DNA of 58,904 bases, filler included. It is 5 parts of 5 records of this genome, joined end to end, with 100 filler letters (N's around TTAATTAATTAA, not from the genome) between each part and the next. Parts side by side here need not be neighbours in the genome. Positions count along the whole stretch, not along the records: positions 25,086 to 47,460 come from SRR31156797_22939; 4 more parts are not named here. One strand, written 5' to 3'. Below the pieces are notes generated by a model. That model was not told where the DNA came from. It made no database searches and worked only from the letters and a program-made list of their open reading frames with translations. The position numbers were made by a program, and so were the translations under genes. Positions within the stretch are counted from its first letter, which is position 1; every line of letters starts with the position of its first letter. This document shows positions 30,405-38,748 of this stretch, piece by piece.

Positions 30405-30481
30405 TTTTGGTCGTTGTTTTGCTACGCTGGATTAACGACCGAAACCTCGAATGATTCAAAACCGATAAGGTATGAATTCAT
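30385..30481 (-). ncRNA. Candidate structured sRNA convergent on the DUF3800 operon
   Basis: Own promoter, two hairpins, possible pseudoknot, ends in a U tract. Confidence 0.6.
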
Positions 30482-30485
30482 GTAA

Positions 30486-30514
30486 AGTATAACATTTTCT
30501 TTGAGAAATTTCAA
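30486..30514 (-). promoter_or_regulatory. sigma70 promoter TTGAAA-17-TATACT with extended TG
   Basis: + strand agtata (30486-30491), aca, tttcaa (30509-30514); no minus-strand ORF downstream. Confidence 0.75.
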
Positions 30515-30622
30515 TAGTTTTTAAAAAAATGGTACATTTTGTACCTCAAATTGATGTTAATTACATATAAATAACCATCAATTTAATACTATCTATAGCT
30601 AAATAATAGTCATTTTAACTAT

Positions 30623-30651
30623 AAAAAAGCCCTACTAAATCAGCAGGGCTT
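30623..30651 (-). terminator. Intrinsic terminator of the leftward small-gene operon
   Basis: minus strand aagccctgctga-tt-tagtagggctttttt. Confidence 0.8.
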
Positions 30652-30681
30652 ATCGTTCTTAAATTTGGGAATGAAGTATCA

Positions 30682-31185
30682 TTAAGACTGATCCGCAACT
30701 ATATCGTTTACTCTTCTTTGAAATACTGTCCCAAATTCTACCAATTCTTTTAATCCTTTATCTAAAATATTTTTGCTCTCTTGTATCTGCATAAGCTTAG
30801 TACTACATTGTATGGCTTCATTCTTATACTTATCGATCATTGCTATAGCTTCTTTAGTTTCTCCATTACCATATTTTTTGATAGCTGAGACATAAGCTTT
30901 TAAGTATCGATTCTGCATCACTGAGATAGATTGATCACCACCTGTTATATTTTCATCTCTTGCAGCTATAAAACTATCATCTAAACATTTTTCAATTTCA
31001 TCACGTGGCTTCTTAAGATATACCTCTTTATAATTTTGAAGCTCCTTTTTTAACTCTTCTTCTCTTCGCTCCATTTCCATGATCTTGTCTTCAAGATGTA
31101 AGTTTTCTGTATATACCTTATCGTTTTCTTTTTCAAGTCTTTCGTTTTCTTCCTCTAGCTTTTTAATTGTTTTTAGTGTTATCAT
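30682..31185 (-). CDS. Coiled-coil hypothetical protein
   Basis: Heptad-rich N-half; AAGGAG RBS; overlaps upstream ORF. Confidence 0.7.
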   Translation of the reverse strand: MITLKTIKKLEEENERLEKENDKVYTENLHLEDKIMEMERREEELKKELQNYKEVYLKKPRDEIEKCLDDSFIAARDENITGGDQSISVMQNRYLKAYVSAIKKYGNGETKEAIAMIDKYKNEAIQCSTKLMQIQESKNILDKGLKELVEFGTVFQRRVNDIVADQS

Positions 31186-31435
31186 TTTCTAACTCCTTTC
31201 TTATAATACTATCCATATAGGCAACTTTCTTTTTAATCTCTTCAAATTCATCTATTGAAGAACTTAGAGCAGTGATCAAAGCTAGATAGCTACAATTTTG
31301 ATATGGATGAGATCCTGCTGCATCTGATAGCTCTAAGCCTTGTAATAACACAATCACACCTTTAACATTTTCCATTGCCATATCTACATCATCAGTATTT
31401 ACAAGTTTTCTAAATTCTATATCACTTTCTTTCAT
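31163..31435 (-). CDS. Hypothetical protein (start MKESD)
   Basis: GGGGAG RBS before ATG 31435. Confidence 0.65.
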   Translation of the reverse strand: MKESDIEFRKLVNTDDVDMAMENVKGVIVLLQGLELSDAAGSHPYQNCSYLALITALSSSIDEFEEIKKKVAYMDSIIRKELENDNTKNN

Positions 31436-31436
31436 A

Positions 31437-31670
31437 TTAAGACTCCCCTCGTAATTCTTTAATTTCATCTTCTGTTTTAATTCCATTTTGGAAAGCTGCA
31501 TCAAAAGCTTCCATCTCTTTTGATAATTCTTCCATAATTGTAGAACACCTAACAGCCAAGTTACTATCCTCTACTTCTCTAAGAGCTATATTAACAACAT
31601 CTATTTTACTTAATATCTTATGGCTCTCAATACATAATTCTTGATTTGTAGCCCATTCACTTGTGATCAT
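31437..31670 (-). CDS. Hypothetical protein (start MITSEW)
   Basis: GGGAG RBS; ATGA overlap with upstream 37-aa ORF. Confidence 0.65.
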   Translation of the reverse strand: MITSEWATNQELCIESHKILSKIDVVNIALREVEDSNLAVRCSTIMEELSKEMEAFDAAFQNGIKTEDEIKELRGES

Positions 31671-31780
31671 AACACATACTCCCATCTATCAAATTTATTT
31701 GCTATTGTTTTTAATTGGTCACTGACCAACACCGTTACAATCTTATAGTTCCAGTTATCTATAAATACTTTTATCTTCAT
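31667..31780 (-). CDS. 37-aa small protein MKIKVFIDNWNYKIVTVLVSDQLKTIANKFDRWEYVL (not in ORF track)
   Basis: AAGGAG RBS; fills operon gap; stop overlaps next ATG. Confidence 0.7.
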   Translation of the reverse strand: MKIKVFIDNWNYKIVTVLVSDQLKTIANKFDRWEYVL

Positions 31781-31818
31781 TGTATCTACTCCTTAGTGAT
31801 GAGGTTAAAACCGTGTAT

Positions 31819-32088
31819 TTAAACGATCTCAAAGTGAGTACCGCTCACTCTTAAACTCTGTAATGTTTCAAGGTTAATCATACGATACCCACCATTTACC
31901 ATATCCCATACAGTTATTAAGCTATTATGCTCACTTGCTCCGTTTTTACCTCCTTTTAGATTTTTTGCTACTCCTAAACGTGCAACCATTTTTCTTATGC
32001 TTCCATCTTTTTTAATAAAGCTACAAGAGAAGATCTTCCCTTTAGTAGCCTGTATGATCTCATTTGCTTTAAATCTTGATAACTCCAT
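31819..32088 (-). CDS. SH3/Sm-like beta-barrel phage protein (DUF2693/WYL_2-like)
   Basis: FSCSFIKKDGSIRKM...ITVWDMVNGGYRMINLETL. Confidence 0.7.
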   Translation of the reverse strand: MELSRFKANEIIQATKGKIFSCSFIKKDGSIRKMVARLGVAKNLKGGKNGASEHNSLITVWDMVNGGYRMINLETLQSLRVSGTHFEIV

Positions 32089-32089
32089 C

Positions 32090-32317
32090 TTATAATCCCC
32101 TTTCATCAATTAGCATTATCGCCATCTCTTTGATATCTTGAATATCTATATCCGTTAAAGTATCAGCTCCCCAAAATAGAGTTTTAATATCTTTGATCTT
32201 AGATTCAACCTCATCATTGATAATTGCTTCGATCATCATTTCAGTAGCTACGTCTAAAGCTTTGTTATGTTCTTTTACGCTCATTTCAAGTTTTGTTGTT
32301 ATTGGGTAGATACTCAT
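32090..32317 (-). CDS. Hypothetical protein, first gene of leftward operon (start MSIYP)
   Basis: AAGGA RBS; follows strong promoter. Confidence 0.65.
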   Translation of the reverse strand: MSIYPITTKLEMSVKEHNKALDVATEMMIEAIINDEVESKIKDIKTLFWGADTLTDIDIQDIKEMAIMLIDERGL

Positions 32318-32359
32318 TTTTGATTCCTTTTTAGGATTAAATCCTTTTTTATATATATA

Positions 32360-32462
32360 ACTATAGCATTTAATCATATTAAAGTCAAGGTTTTTATAGT
32401 ATTAAATCATATAAATTTTTAAATTTATTAGTACTTAATCATAATTTATGATATAATCATAA
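32360..32462. promoter_or_regulatory. Divergent promoters with three operator-like repeats
   Basis: Leftward TTGACT-17-TATAGT (32388-32360); rightward TGATATAAT (32449-32457); repeats tatagcatttaatcatat / tatagtattaaatcatat / attagtacttaatcataa. Confidence 0.7.
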
Positions 32463-32478
32463 AAAATAAAGGGGATAC

Positions 32479-32697
32479 ATGGAATACGATAAATTTAAAG
32501 AAATACTAAAAGAAAACAATTTAAGCCTAAAAAAGTTTTCTGAACTTGCAGGGGTTAAATATGATACTTGCAGTAAATGGGGTAAAGATGGTCGCCCAGT
32601 AAGTGACTGGGTAGAATCATGGCTAAACCTATACATTGAAAATAAAAAATGTAAGGATCTAAAAGCTATGATCAAAGAAAGTGGAGTTTGTGAGTAA
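32479..32697 (+). CDS. XRE/Cro-type HTH regulator
   Basis: LKENNLSLKKFSELAGVKYDTCSKWG...PVSDWV. Confidence 0.85.
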   Translation: MEYDKFKEILKENNLSLKKFSELAGVKYDTCSKWGKDGRPVSDWVESWLNLYIENKKCKDLKAMIKESGVCE

Positions 32698-32801
32698 ATG
32701 ACCATTAACAACAATATTCTAACATTGGCTTATTTTACCTTTTATATGGATTTTTTTAGTGCTTTTTGAATGTTGATTGTATAGAGAGGTAATGAATAAT
32801 A

Positions 32802-33062
32802 ATGCAAATTTTATTAACTATGTTCATCGTATTTATCTCAATGATCTTAGCCTTAATATATAGCCCTTGGTGGCTTATAGTTATTCCACTTAGACTGCGG
32901 TATGTTTATTATCGTATTAACAAATATAGTGATCCTATGATACAAAAATACAACTACAACCTTTTAATAAAAATTCACAACCAACTTTCAAACTACAAAA
33001 CCATCCAAAAGATGAGGTTCGCACTACCCTTATCCCTAATCACCTTTTGGAAGAACCTATAG
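32802..33062 (+). CDS. Small membrane protein
   Basis: Hydrophobic N-terminal ~30 aa; GAGG RBS. Confidence 0.5.
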   Translation: MQILLTMFIVFISMILALIYSPWWLIVIPLRLRYVYYRINKYSDPMIQKYNYNLLIKIHNQLSNYKTIQKMRFALPLSLITFWKNL

Positions 33063-33065
33063 TAT

Positions 33066-33248
33066 TTAACTCTTAAGCTCTTTAATCGCTTTTAATACGA
33101 GATCCAAAGCATTATTTTGTTTAACTATTTTTTCACGGATTAAATCATCTTTATTTTTGATTCTTATTCCATGATCAATTGTCACCCTTAATTTAGTAGC
33201 TACTTTAAAAAGCTCTCGTGCTAATTCATCATTTTCATATACTTTCAT
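33066..33248 (-). CDS. Small hypothetical protein downstream of terS
   Basis: AGGAG RBS, 60 aa. Confidence 0.6.
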   Translation of the reverse strand: MKVYENDELARELFKVATKLRVTIDHGIRIKNKDDLIREKIVKQNNALDLVLKAIKELKS

Positions 33249-33257
33249 TTATATCTC

Positions 33258-33830
33258 CTACATATTATTAATATCAAAATCTAAATCACTCATTTTAAAT
33301 TTTCCATCTTTTACCACTGTAGCATCATCATAATCAAAAATACTATGATCCTCTTTTGTAGTATCTTCAAGGCTGATATTTTGGCGTTTTCTACTAGCTA
33401 AAGTTAATCCAAACTCTTTGGAGATAGAAGCTATAGTTTTTATAACTGATTGTAAAGCGTTTTGATTTGGATTAATAAATGAAGCTCTACCCTTATCGTT
33501 ATACAAAACTATCCCCTCATCTTGTACCGTTTGCTGTAGATCAAGATATAAGGCATATTGATTCGCTAATATGATCAATATAGGCTCGTCCACAATGGTA
33601 ATTTTATCGCCCAAAGTTTCCTTTAATTTATTAAACTCTGCCCGTGCAATGCTGTTAATAAACTGTTTAGGCATGTTTTCAACAGTTTCCTTTTTAATGC
33701 TCCAGTCTTTTTTCTTAGCCACTTTTGATAAGTAGCCCTTTGAAATACCATGTTTATCACATATATCCTTTTGAGATATACCATTACAAAAATCTTTTTC
33801 GATCTCTGTCCAATTATATTTACTACTCAA
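33258..33830 (-). CDS. Terminase small subunit, P27-family-like, with N-terminal HTH (TTG start proposed)
   Basis: GISQKDICDKHGIS HTH; VQDEGIV...NP......KEFGLTLASRKR P27-type motif; AAGGGG RBS before TTG 33830. Confidence 0.8.
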   Translation of the reverse strand: MSSKYNWTEIEKDFCNGISQKDICDKHGISKGYLSKVAKKKDWSIKKETVENMPKQFINSIARAEFNKLKETLGDKITIVDEPILIILANQYALYLDLQQTVQDEGIVLYNDKGRASFINPNQNALQSVIKTIASISKEFGLTLASRKRQNISLEDTTKEDHSIFDYDDATVVKDGKFKMSDLDFDINNM

Positions 33831-33865
33831 ATAGTACCCCTTAAAAACAGTTTTTGTTAAAAGTT

Positions 33866-33921
33866 GAGAGGGGGTCGGTCTTTTGTCATTTTGATTCTGT
33901 AGCTTTTTGACCACCCCTACC
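33866..33921 (-). other. Candidate cos packaging site upstream of terS
   Basis: GC-rich island ggtaggggtggtcaaaaa...gaccgaccccctctc in AT-rich DNA. Confidence 0.5.
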
Positions 33922-33928
33922 TATTATT

Positions 33929-34201
33929 TTATACACCTTTCAATACTTTTTCCACATCCTCAACACTCCGTGCAACTATCCCAATACCTCCACAATCGCC
34001 TATAAGCTTCAAATGATGCTTTTGCAAGGGTGAGGTAACCCCTTGGCTAGTTTTGACCTCTACGGCTAAGAATAAGCCATTTAAACAGCAAATAAGATCA
34101 GGAGTTCCCGATCTATTGGTTTGTACCGTTTTAACAACGTATGCACCCTTAGAGCTAAGATAATCAATGATTTGCTTTTGTATCTTAGATTCTTTCATCA
34201 T
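33929..34201 (-). CDS. VRR-NUC domain nuclease
   Basis: ESKIQKQI, GTPDLI, AVEVKT..G..SPLQ. Confidence 0.9.
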   Translation of the reverse strand: MMKESKIQKQIIDYLSSKGAYVVKTVQTNRSGTPDLICCLNGLFLAVEVKTSQGVTSPLQKHHLKLIGDCGGIGIVARSVEDVEKVLKGV

Positions 34202-35427
34202 TTAAACCTATTGTAATAGCTACTTGTGAAGTTCATCTTCTCCGATACTGCACTATATACATACTCATCAATACTATCTTTGGTAAGTAGATAATGGACC
34301 ACTATAGGCTTTGTACGTTTCTTATTGGCTAATCGCTCTTTAGATTGAATATAAGTCGTAGCACTAAAGCTAAGAGAGTATATGATCATGCTATCAGCAT
34401 AAGAGAAGTCCACACCCTCACTAAATGTTTTGATATGACCTATGAAGTATTTACTATCTCCCTTTTTAAACTGCTCTACATCATCCGTACTATCTTCAAG
34501 CTCTTTAAGTAATAGCTCACGTTCTTTTACATAGTTGCATAAGATCACAACCTTACCAGTTAAATTAAGCTCTTTGATATAGTTCACCTTATGATGAGAT
34601 ATTATAAGAGCTAAGTTATCCTCAACCTTTATAGTTCCACCACATATTTGATGGAGCTTATTTAAATGTGTTGCTGCACTCTCAGCAATAATATCAAAGC
34701 TATCAACCTTTACTATCCGATTCTTTTCAAAGGCTTCATAAAAAGCTATATACCTTGGATCAGCTTTTACTAAATGTTTTTGAGTATCTACAAGTACATC
34801 AAAGTTTGCTTCTATCTTAGTCATGGTAACGATGAGGTGTGATAACTTTTGCATCACCTCATCAACTCTAATTGCTTTATACTTCCTAATCAATCTCCCT
34901 GCCATCATAAAGCTATCATCTTCTCCATGGTCTTTATACCACTTGTAAAAGTTCTTATACTCTTTAAACGGGCTATTAACACTTACCCATAGTTGGTGAT
35001 ATAATTGGCTATAAGCTTCTGCGCTTGGAGTAGCACTAAGATATACAATAGGTAAATCACTAAACTTCTCTTTGATTCTCTTAGCTCTTGAACTTGGCTT
35101 TGGAAAAGATCCTATACTATGTGATTCATCTAGCACTAAACAATCAAACTCACTATCAAGCTTATGGATGCTCTCATAGTTGATCACGGTGAAGTTATCA
35201 ACCTTACAAAGCTTTATATCACTTTTCCATGAACTAATAGCTTTTTTCTTAGTAAGTACCAATATACTTTTATACTCATCCTTTAGAAGATGAATAGTTG
35301 CTATACTCTTACCTGTTCTTGTTTCTGCAGCAACATATACCATTCCATATTTTGCTAATATTGGTTTTGCTGTATCGATCATCTTTTTTTGGTGTTTATA
35401 TAACTCTAACAAATTCCCTCCTTTCAT
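34198..35427 (-). CDS. Phage SF2 (SNF2-like) helicase
   Basis: LYKHQ, ETRTGKS, VINYES, LDESH, LSATP, EGVDF, QSKERL. Confidence 0.88.
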   Translation of the reverse strand: MKGGNLLELYKHQKKMIDTAKPILAKYGMVYVAAETRTGKSIATIHLLKDEYKSILVLTKKKAISSWKSDIKLCKVDNFTVINYESIHKLDSEFDCLVLDESHSIGSFPKPSSRAKRIKEKFSDLPIVYLSATPSAEAYSQLYHQLWVSVNSPFKEYKNFYKWYKDHGEDDSFMMAGRLIRKYKAIRVDEVMQKLSHLIVTMTKIEANFDVLVDTQKHLVKADPRYIAFYEAFEKNRIVKVDSFDIIAESAATHLNKLHQICGGTIKVEDNLALIISHHKVNYIKELNLTGKVVILCNYVKERELLLKELEDSTDDVEQFKKGDSKYFIGHIKTFSEGVDFSYADSMIIYSLSFSATTYIQSKERLANKKRTKPIVVHYLLTKDSIDEYVYSAVSEKMNFTSSYYNRFK

Positions 35428-35459
35428 GTTTTTTTCGTAGTTTTGTAAAAAACTACTAT

Positions 35460-35565
35460 CTTTTTTGGGTATTTAATTTTTATCTACTGGGTATTTATAT
35501 TTTCCCTACGGGGTATTTGTTTTCATTTTCCACCCGTAGGGATTTCCACCCGCTGGATTTTTAAA
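35460..35565. repeat. Iteron-like repeats, candidate replication origin
   Basis: gggtattt x3 (35467, 35488, 35511) and tttccacccg x2 (35527, 35543) between the initiator-like gene and helicase. Confidence 0.55.
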
Positions 35566-35727
35566 CTTTTGGTAGAAACCCTTTATTTATCGTATTCATA
35601 CCATAAGTTTAAAATCTATACTTTAGGTATAAAGCCTTTACTTATGGGCTTTATGCAACTTTTAGCTATTTTCTTAAACTATTTGTATTTTGTTTTAACA
35701 ATAAGTTTTAAAAGAACACTTGGATAA

Positions 35728-36399
35728 TTAACTATCCATTTTCATTTGTAATACTCGATCAATAGCAGTAAAATTAAATTTATAGCTATTGGCAAGATCA
35801 ATAAGTATTGCTCCAACCTCATCCATCGGAACTGTATAATCAATTTCATCTTCACTTACTTCTATAAAAGCTCTACATTTTAAAAGATCATCTTCAAAAT
35901 AAAAACACTTTGAATATATACAAGTTTCAATACCATTTAAAGAGATATTAAATTCATACTCTTGATTAGTTTTTAACTCTTCATGCTCTTTAAAATTACA
36001 TAATAAAAGTTCCCGTGCAATTTTATAACGGATAATTTCCGTACTTTCATGATAAAAAAGCTTTTCCATAGATTCAGGCTTCCAAATATATTTTACTTCG
36101 ATATAAAACTTTCCAGTAAATTGACCATTAGAATTTTTAGGTCTTATAGTTTCAATCAGTTTCATATCTTTTAAATCTCTTTTGATCACTTTTAGCTTAT
36201 TATTTCCTATACCTGTACCATCTTTTATAAACTTATCAGTAGCATATACACGTATATTATTTTGAATCCGTGCAGTTTTATAAAGAAACGTATATACTCC
36301 ATAGGCTAAAGCTGTATCATTGATTTTCTTATCTTTATAGTAGGTATATATCCTTGATAAGATATCATCGTGTATCACTATTGGCAACTTATTACCCAT
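35728..36399 (-). CDS. Winged-helix replication-initiator-like protein
   Basis: AYGVYTFLY...FIKDGTGIG..KLKVIKRDLKDMKLIE...NGQF pattern; position in replication module. Confidence 0.55.
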   Translation of the reverse strand: MGNKLPIVIHDDILSRIYTYYKDKKINDTALAYGVYTFLYKTARIQNNIRVYATDKFIKDGTGIGNNKLKVIKRDLKDMKLIETIRPKNSNGQFTGKFYIEVKYIWKPESMEKLFYHESTEIIRYKIARELLLCNFKEHEELKTNQEYEFNISLNGIETCIYSKCFYFEDDLLKCRAFIEVSEDEIDYTVPMDEVGAILIDLANSYKFNFTAIDRVLQMKMDS

Positions 36400-36402
36400 C
36401 TT

Positions 36403-36732
36403 TTACCCTTGATTATTTCCATAACTATTCATTTGATAAGGTTGCTGTTGATTGCTATAACCATTTGTTTGATTATATTGGTTGCTTTGTTGCTGAGGTT
36501 GCTTATAAGCTCCTTGGTTGCTATTACTATTTGATTGAGCGTTGTTTGATTGTTGATCAGCTTCAAAGAGTTGTATCGATCCATCAAACCATGCTCCTGT
36601 AGGTATGCAATCAAGATCACCAAACATCTTTCCATCTTGTTGTACTACACTTCCTAATTTCACCCACTTGGTACCTTGGCTCCCATCTGATTTTTGGTAC
36701 TTTTTCGCTGCCATAATATTAAATCTTTTCAT
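36403..36732 (-). CDS. Phage-type single-stranded DNA-binding protein
   Basis: KKYQKSDG..TKWVKLG OB-like N-half, Q/N-rich disordered tail. Confidence 0.7.
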   Translation of the reverse strand: MKRFNIMAAKKYQKSDGSQGTKWVKLGSVVQQDGKMFGDLDCIPTGAWFDGSIQLFEADQQSNNAQSNSNSNQGAYKQPQQQSNQYNQTNGYSNQQQPYQMNSYGNNQG

Positions 36733-36746
36733 CTTTTTTCTATCCT

Positions 36747-37073
36747 TTAACTATACATTTGACAAATTCTTTGCCACTCTTGCTGATCATCTAGGAACAT
36801 AAAGCCATTAAGCTCTGCCCACTTTTTAAACCTAGTGATACACTCCATTAACTCTTTTGGTGTAATCTCTTTAAATGAAGCTATTGCACCATCTCTATTT
36901 GGAAATATAGAGATGATCTTAAATAACTCTCTTACTGTTTTAAAGTCATGTTTATTTGGAATAAATCTAAATACTCCATTATTGATATTTACCATCACTT
37001 CAAAATCACACTTACTAAACTCTTTTATAAGAGCATTAGCGTATTTATTAAACCTTGGTGATATAATCATCAT
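36747..37073 (-). CDS. Possible NinB/Orf-like recombination mediator
   Basis: C-terminal SFKEITPKELMECITRFKKWAELNGFMF resembles the NinB tail; context. Confidence 0.4.
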   Translation of the reverse strand: MMIISPRFNKYANALIKEFSKCDFEVMVNINNGVFRFIPNKHDFKTVRELFKIISIFPNRDGAIASFKEITPKELMECITRFKKWAELNGFMFLDDQQEWQRICQMYS

Positions 37074-37600
37074 CTAATACTAAAATTGACCTTTTCAACA
37101 ATCTTAGCCCCATTTATCTCTATACCGTTTTTAAGATCTTCTGTGATCTTCTTTTTATCAAACTCTTTGGTAGTTCTTACATACTTTTGATTAAAAAACT
37201 CAGGTGTCATATTTTCTCTAAGCTGTAAAGCTTTTCTAGTTCCAATTGAAAAGTTAAACTTCCCTTTGAGTTTTGTTTCACCAGTTACGATCATAGTTTC
37301 ATACATAAGCTCTTTTAATCTTTTAGATCTATTCTCTAAAGCTTGTTTTTTAGCTTGTAAGCGTTTGATCTCAACTGCTAACATATCAGCGTTACTATCA
37401 AGCTCTTTTCGTATGTATTGGCAAGAATCTAGCTTATTGGTTAAATCCCCTTGTATCTCATCTAATAGCTCTTTTAATGTTTCACTATTATCTATGATCT
37501 CCCCAGTATCGTTATTTACTTCAAGAGTATTTGCCATATCGTAGAGAGCTTGGAACTCTTGACTTAGTCCAAATAAAGATATCTTACTCATCATTGCCAC
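37070..37600 (-). CDS. Siphovirus Gp157-family protein
   Basis: SLFGLSQEF, EIKRLQAKKQALENRSKRLK, DKKKITEDLKNG..INGA. Confidence 0.88.
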   Translation of the reverse strand: MAMMSKISLFGLSQEFQALYDMANTLEVNNDTGEIIDNSETLKELLDEIQGDLTNKLDSCQYIRKELDSNADMLAVEIKRLQAKKQALENRSKRLKELMYETMIVTGETKLKGKFNFSIGTRKALQLRENMTPEFFNQKYVRTTKEFDKKKITEDLKNGIEINGAKIVEKVNFSIR

Positions 37601-38228
37601 CTAGTTTTTGTTTAATATCTGTGTATTGCTGTTTATTTAGCTGTTTTAAGTGCTGCACTTGATAGTTTTGAAGTAGTGATGCTGGATCAGTATTTGTTTT
37701 TTTCAATAGCTTTTGAATCTCGATCACCTCATCAGTAGAGATCTTAGCTCCTGGTATATCTGCATGAGCATAGTTAAGTTCTTGTACATACTGGATATCT
37801 TCAAACTTTCCTAAGAACACATCAGCATTAAACCCTAATCTTGAAAGAGCTTTTGTAACTGTGTTGGTTTCAAGCTTTTTATAGGCTTCCTCATCTACTT
37901 TTAGATATCCCTCTTTACCTTGGTACCCATTAGTTTTATATGCTAGTTTGATACTATTAACTGTTTCAAACTCACCACCTGGATAATAGAATATTGCTTT
38001 TATATTAGCTAATACAGTATCACCTATAGTATGGTGCATCATATCCATATTTTTTAATCCCCATGTTGAGCCATACGCTCCCCATTGTTCTGTAGCTTTT
38101 TGGTATTGACTAGTTTGATCTATTGCACTATAGTTTCTACCACTATTATTTACACTCTTAATATACTTTGGATCTGTAGTATTTACCTTATTCCAAAGGG
38201 TCATATTTCGATTGACTTCATTTCCCAT
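37584..38228 (-). CDS. Sak/Rad52-like single-strand annealing protein
   Basis: LWNKV..TDPKY, ATEQWGAYGSTWG, DEEAYKK..T....KALSRLGFNADVFLG; adjacent to gp157 and ssb. Confidence 0.65.
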   Translation of the reverse strand: MGNEVNRNMTLWNKVNTTDPKYIKSVNNSGRNYSAIDQTSQYQKATEQWGAYGSTWGLKNMDMMHHTIGDTVLANIKAIFYYPGGEFETVNSIKLAYKTNGYQGKEGYLKVDEEAYKKLETNTVTKALSRLGFNADVFLGKFEDIQYVQELNYAHADIPGAKISTDEVIEIQKLLKKTNTDPASLLQNYQVQHLKQLNKQQYTDIKQKLGGNDE

Positions 38229-38433
38229 AATCTGCCTTTTTTAAAATGAGCTTTACTCTCACTAGTTAAAGTGATAACTGTTATATTGATATTTTGATGT
38301 ATTTGATTGTTTGTTTTACTTATTTAGATCTGTGATATAATGTCAAATAGATTTGCCCTCTAAGTGATATCAACCCCATCAATAAGTAAATAGATTTTGA
38401 TGAGGTTTTAACTTGTATTACTTCTTATTTGAA

Positions 38434-38631
38434 TCATGCAACATCTCCAAATAATGCTTTTTCAACTTCATCTATCTTAAATAAAGTTGTTTGTGGTGAT
38501 ATCTTATAAGGTGTTATTTTCCCTGCCTTAACCATACGCCAAACACTGGTTACCCCTATTGAATATCTTTGGGCTATTCCCTTGGCTCGTAAGTACTTTG
38601 GTTCTACGCTTGTATTTTGTGTGGTATCCAT
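38434..38631 (-). CDS. AlpA/Xis-like HTH protein (likely excisionase/regulator)
   Basis: YLRAKGIAQRYSIGVTSVWRMVKAG..P.KISPQTTLF..DEV. Confidence 0.85.
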   Translation of the reverse strand: MDTTQNTSVEPKYLRAKGIAQRYSIGVTSVWRMVKAGKITPYKISPQTTLFKIDEVEKALFGDVA

Positions 38632-38748
38632 TAGTTGAAATTCCTTTATACTGTTTGATATTAGTTGCAACTAGTGAAAGTATAAAGTTTTTTTATGAAT
38701 ATGTGAAGTTAGTTTTTCCACCAAAAAAATGGTGTATTTTTTAAGATA

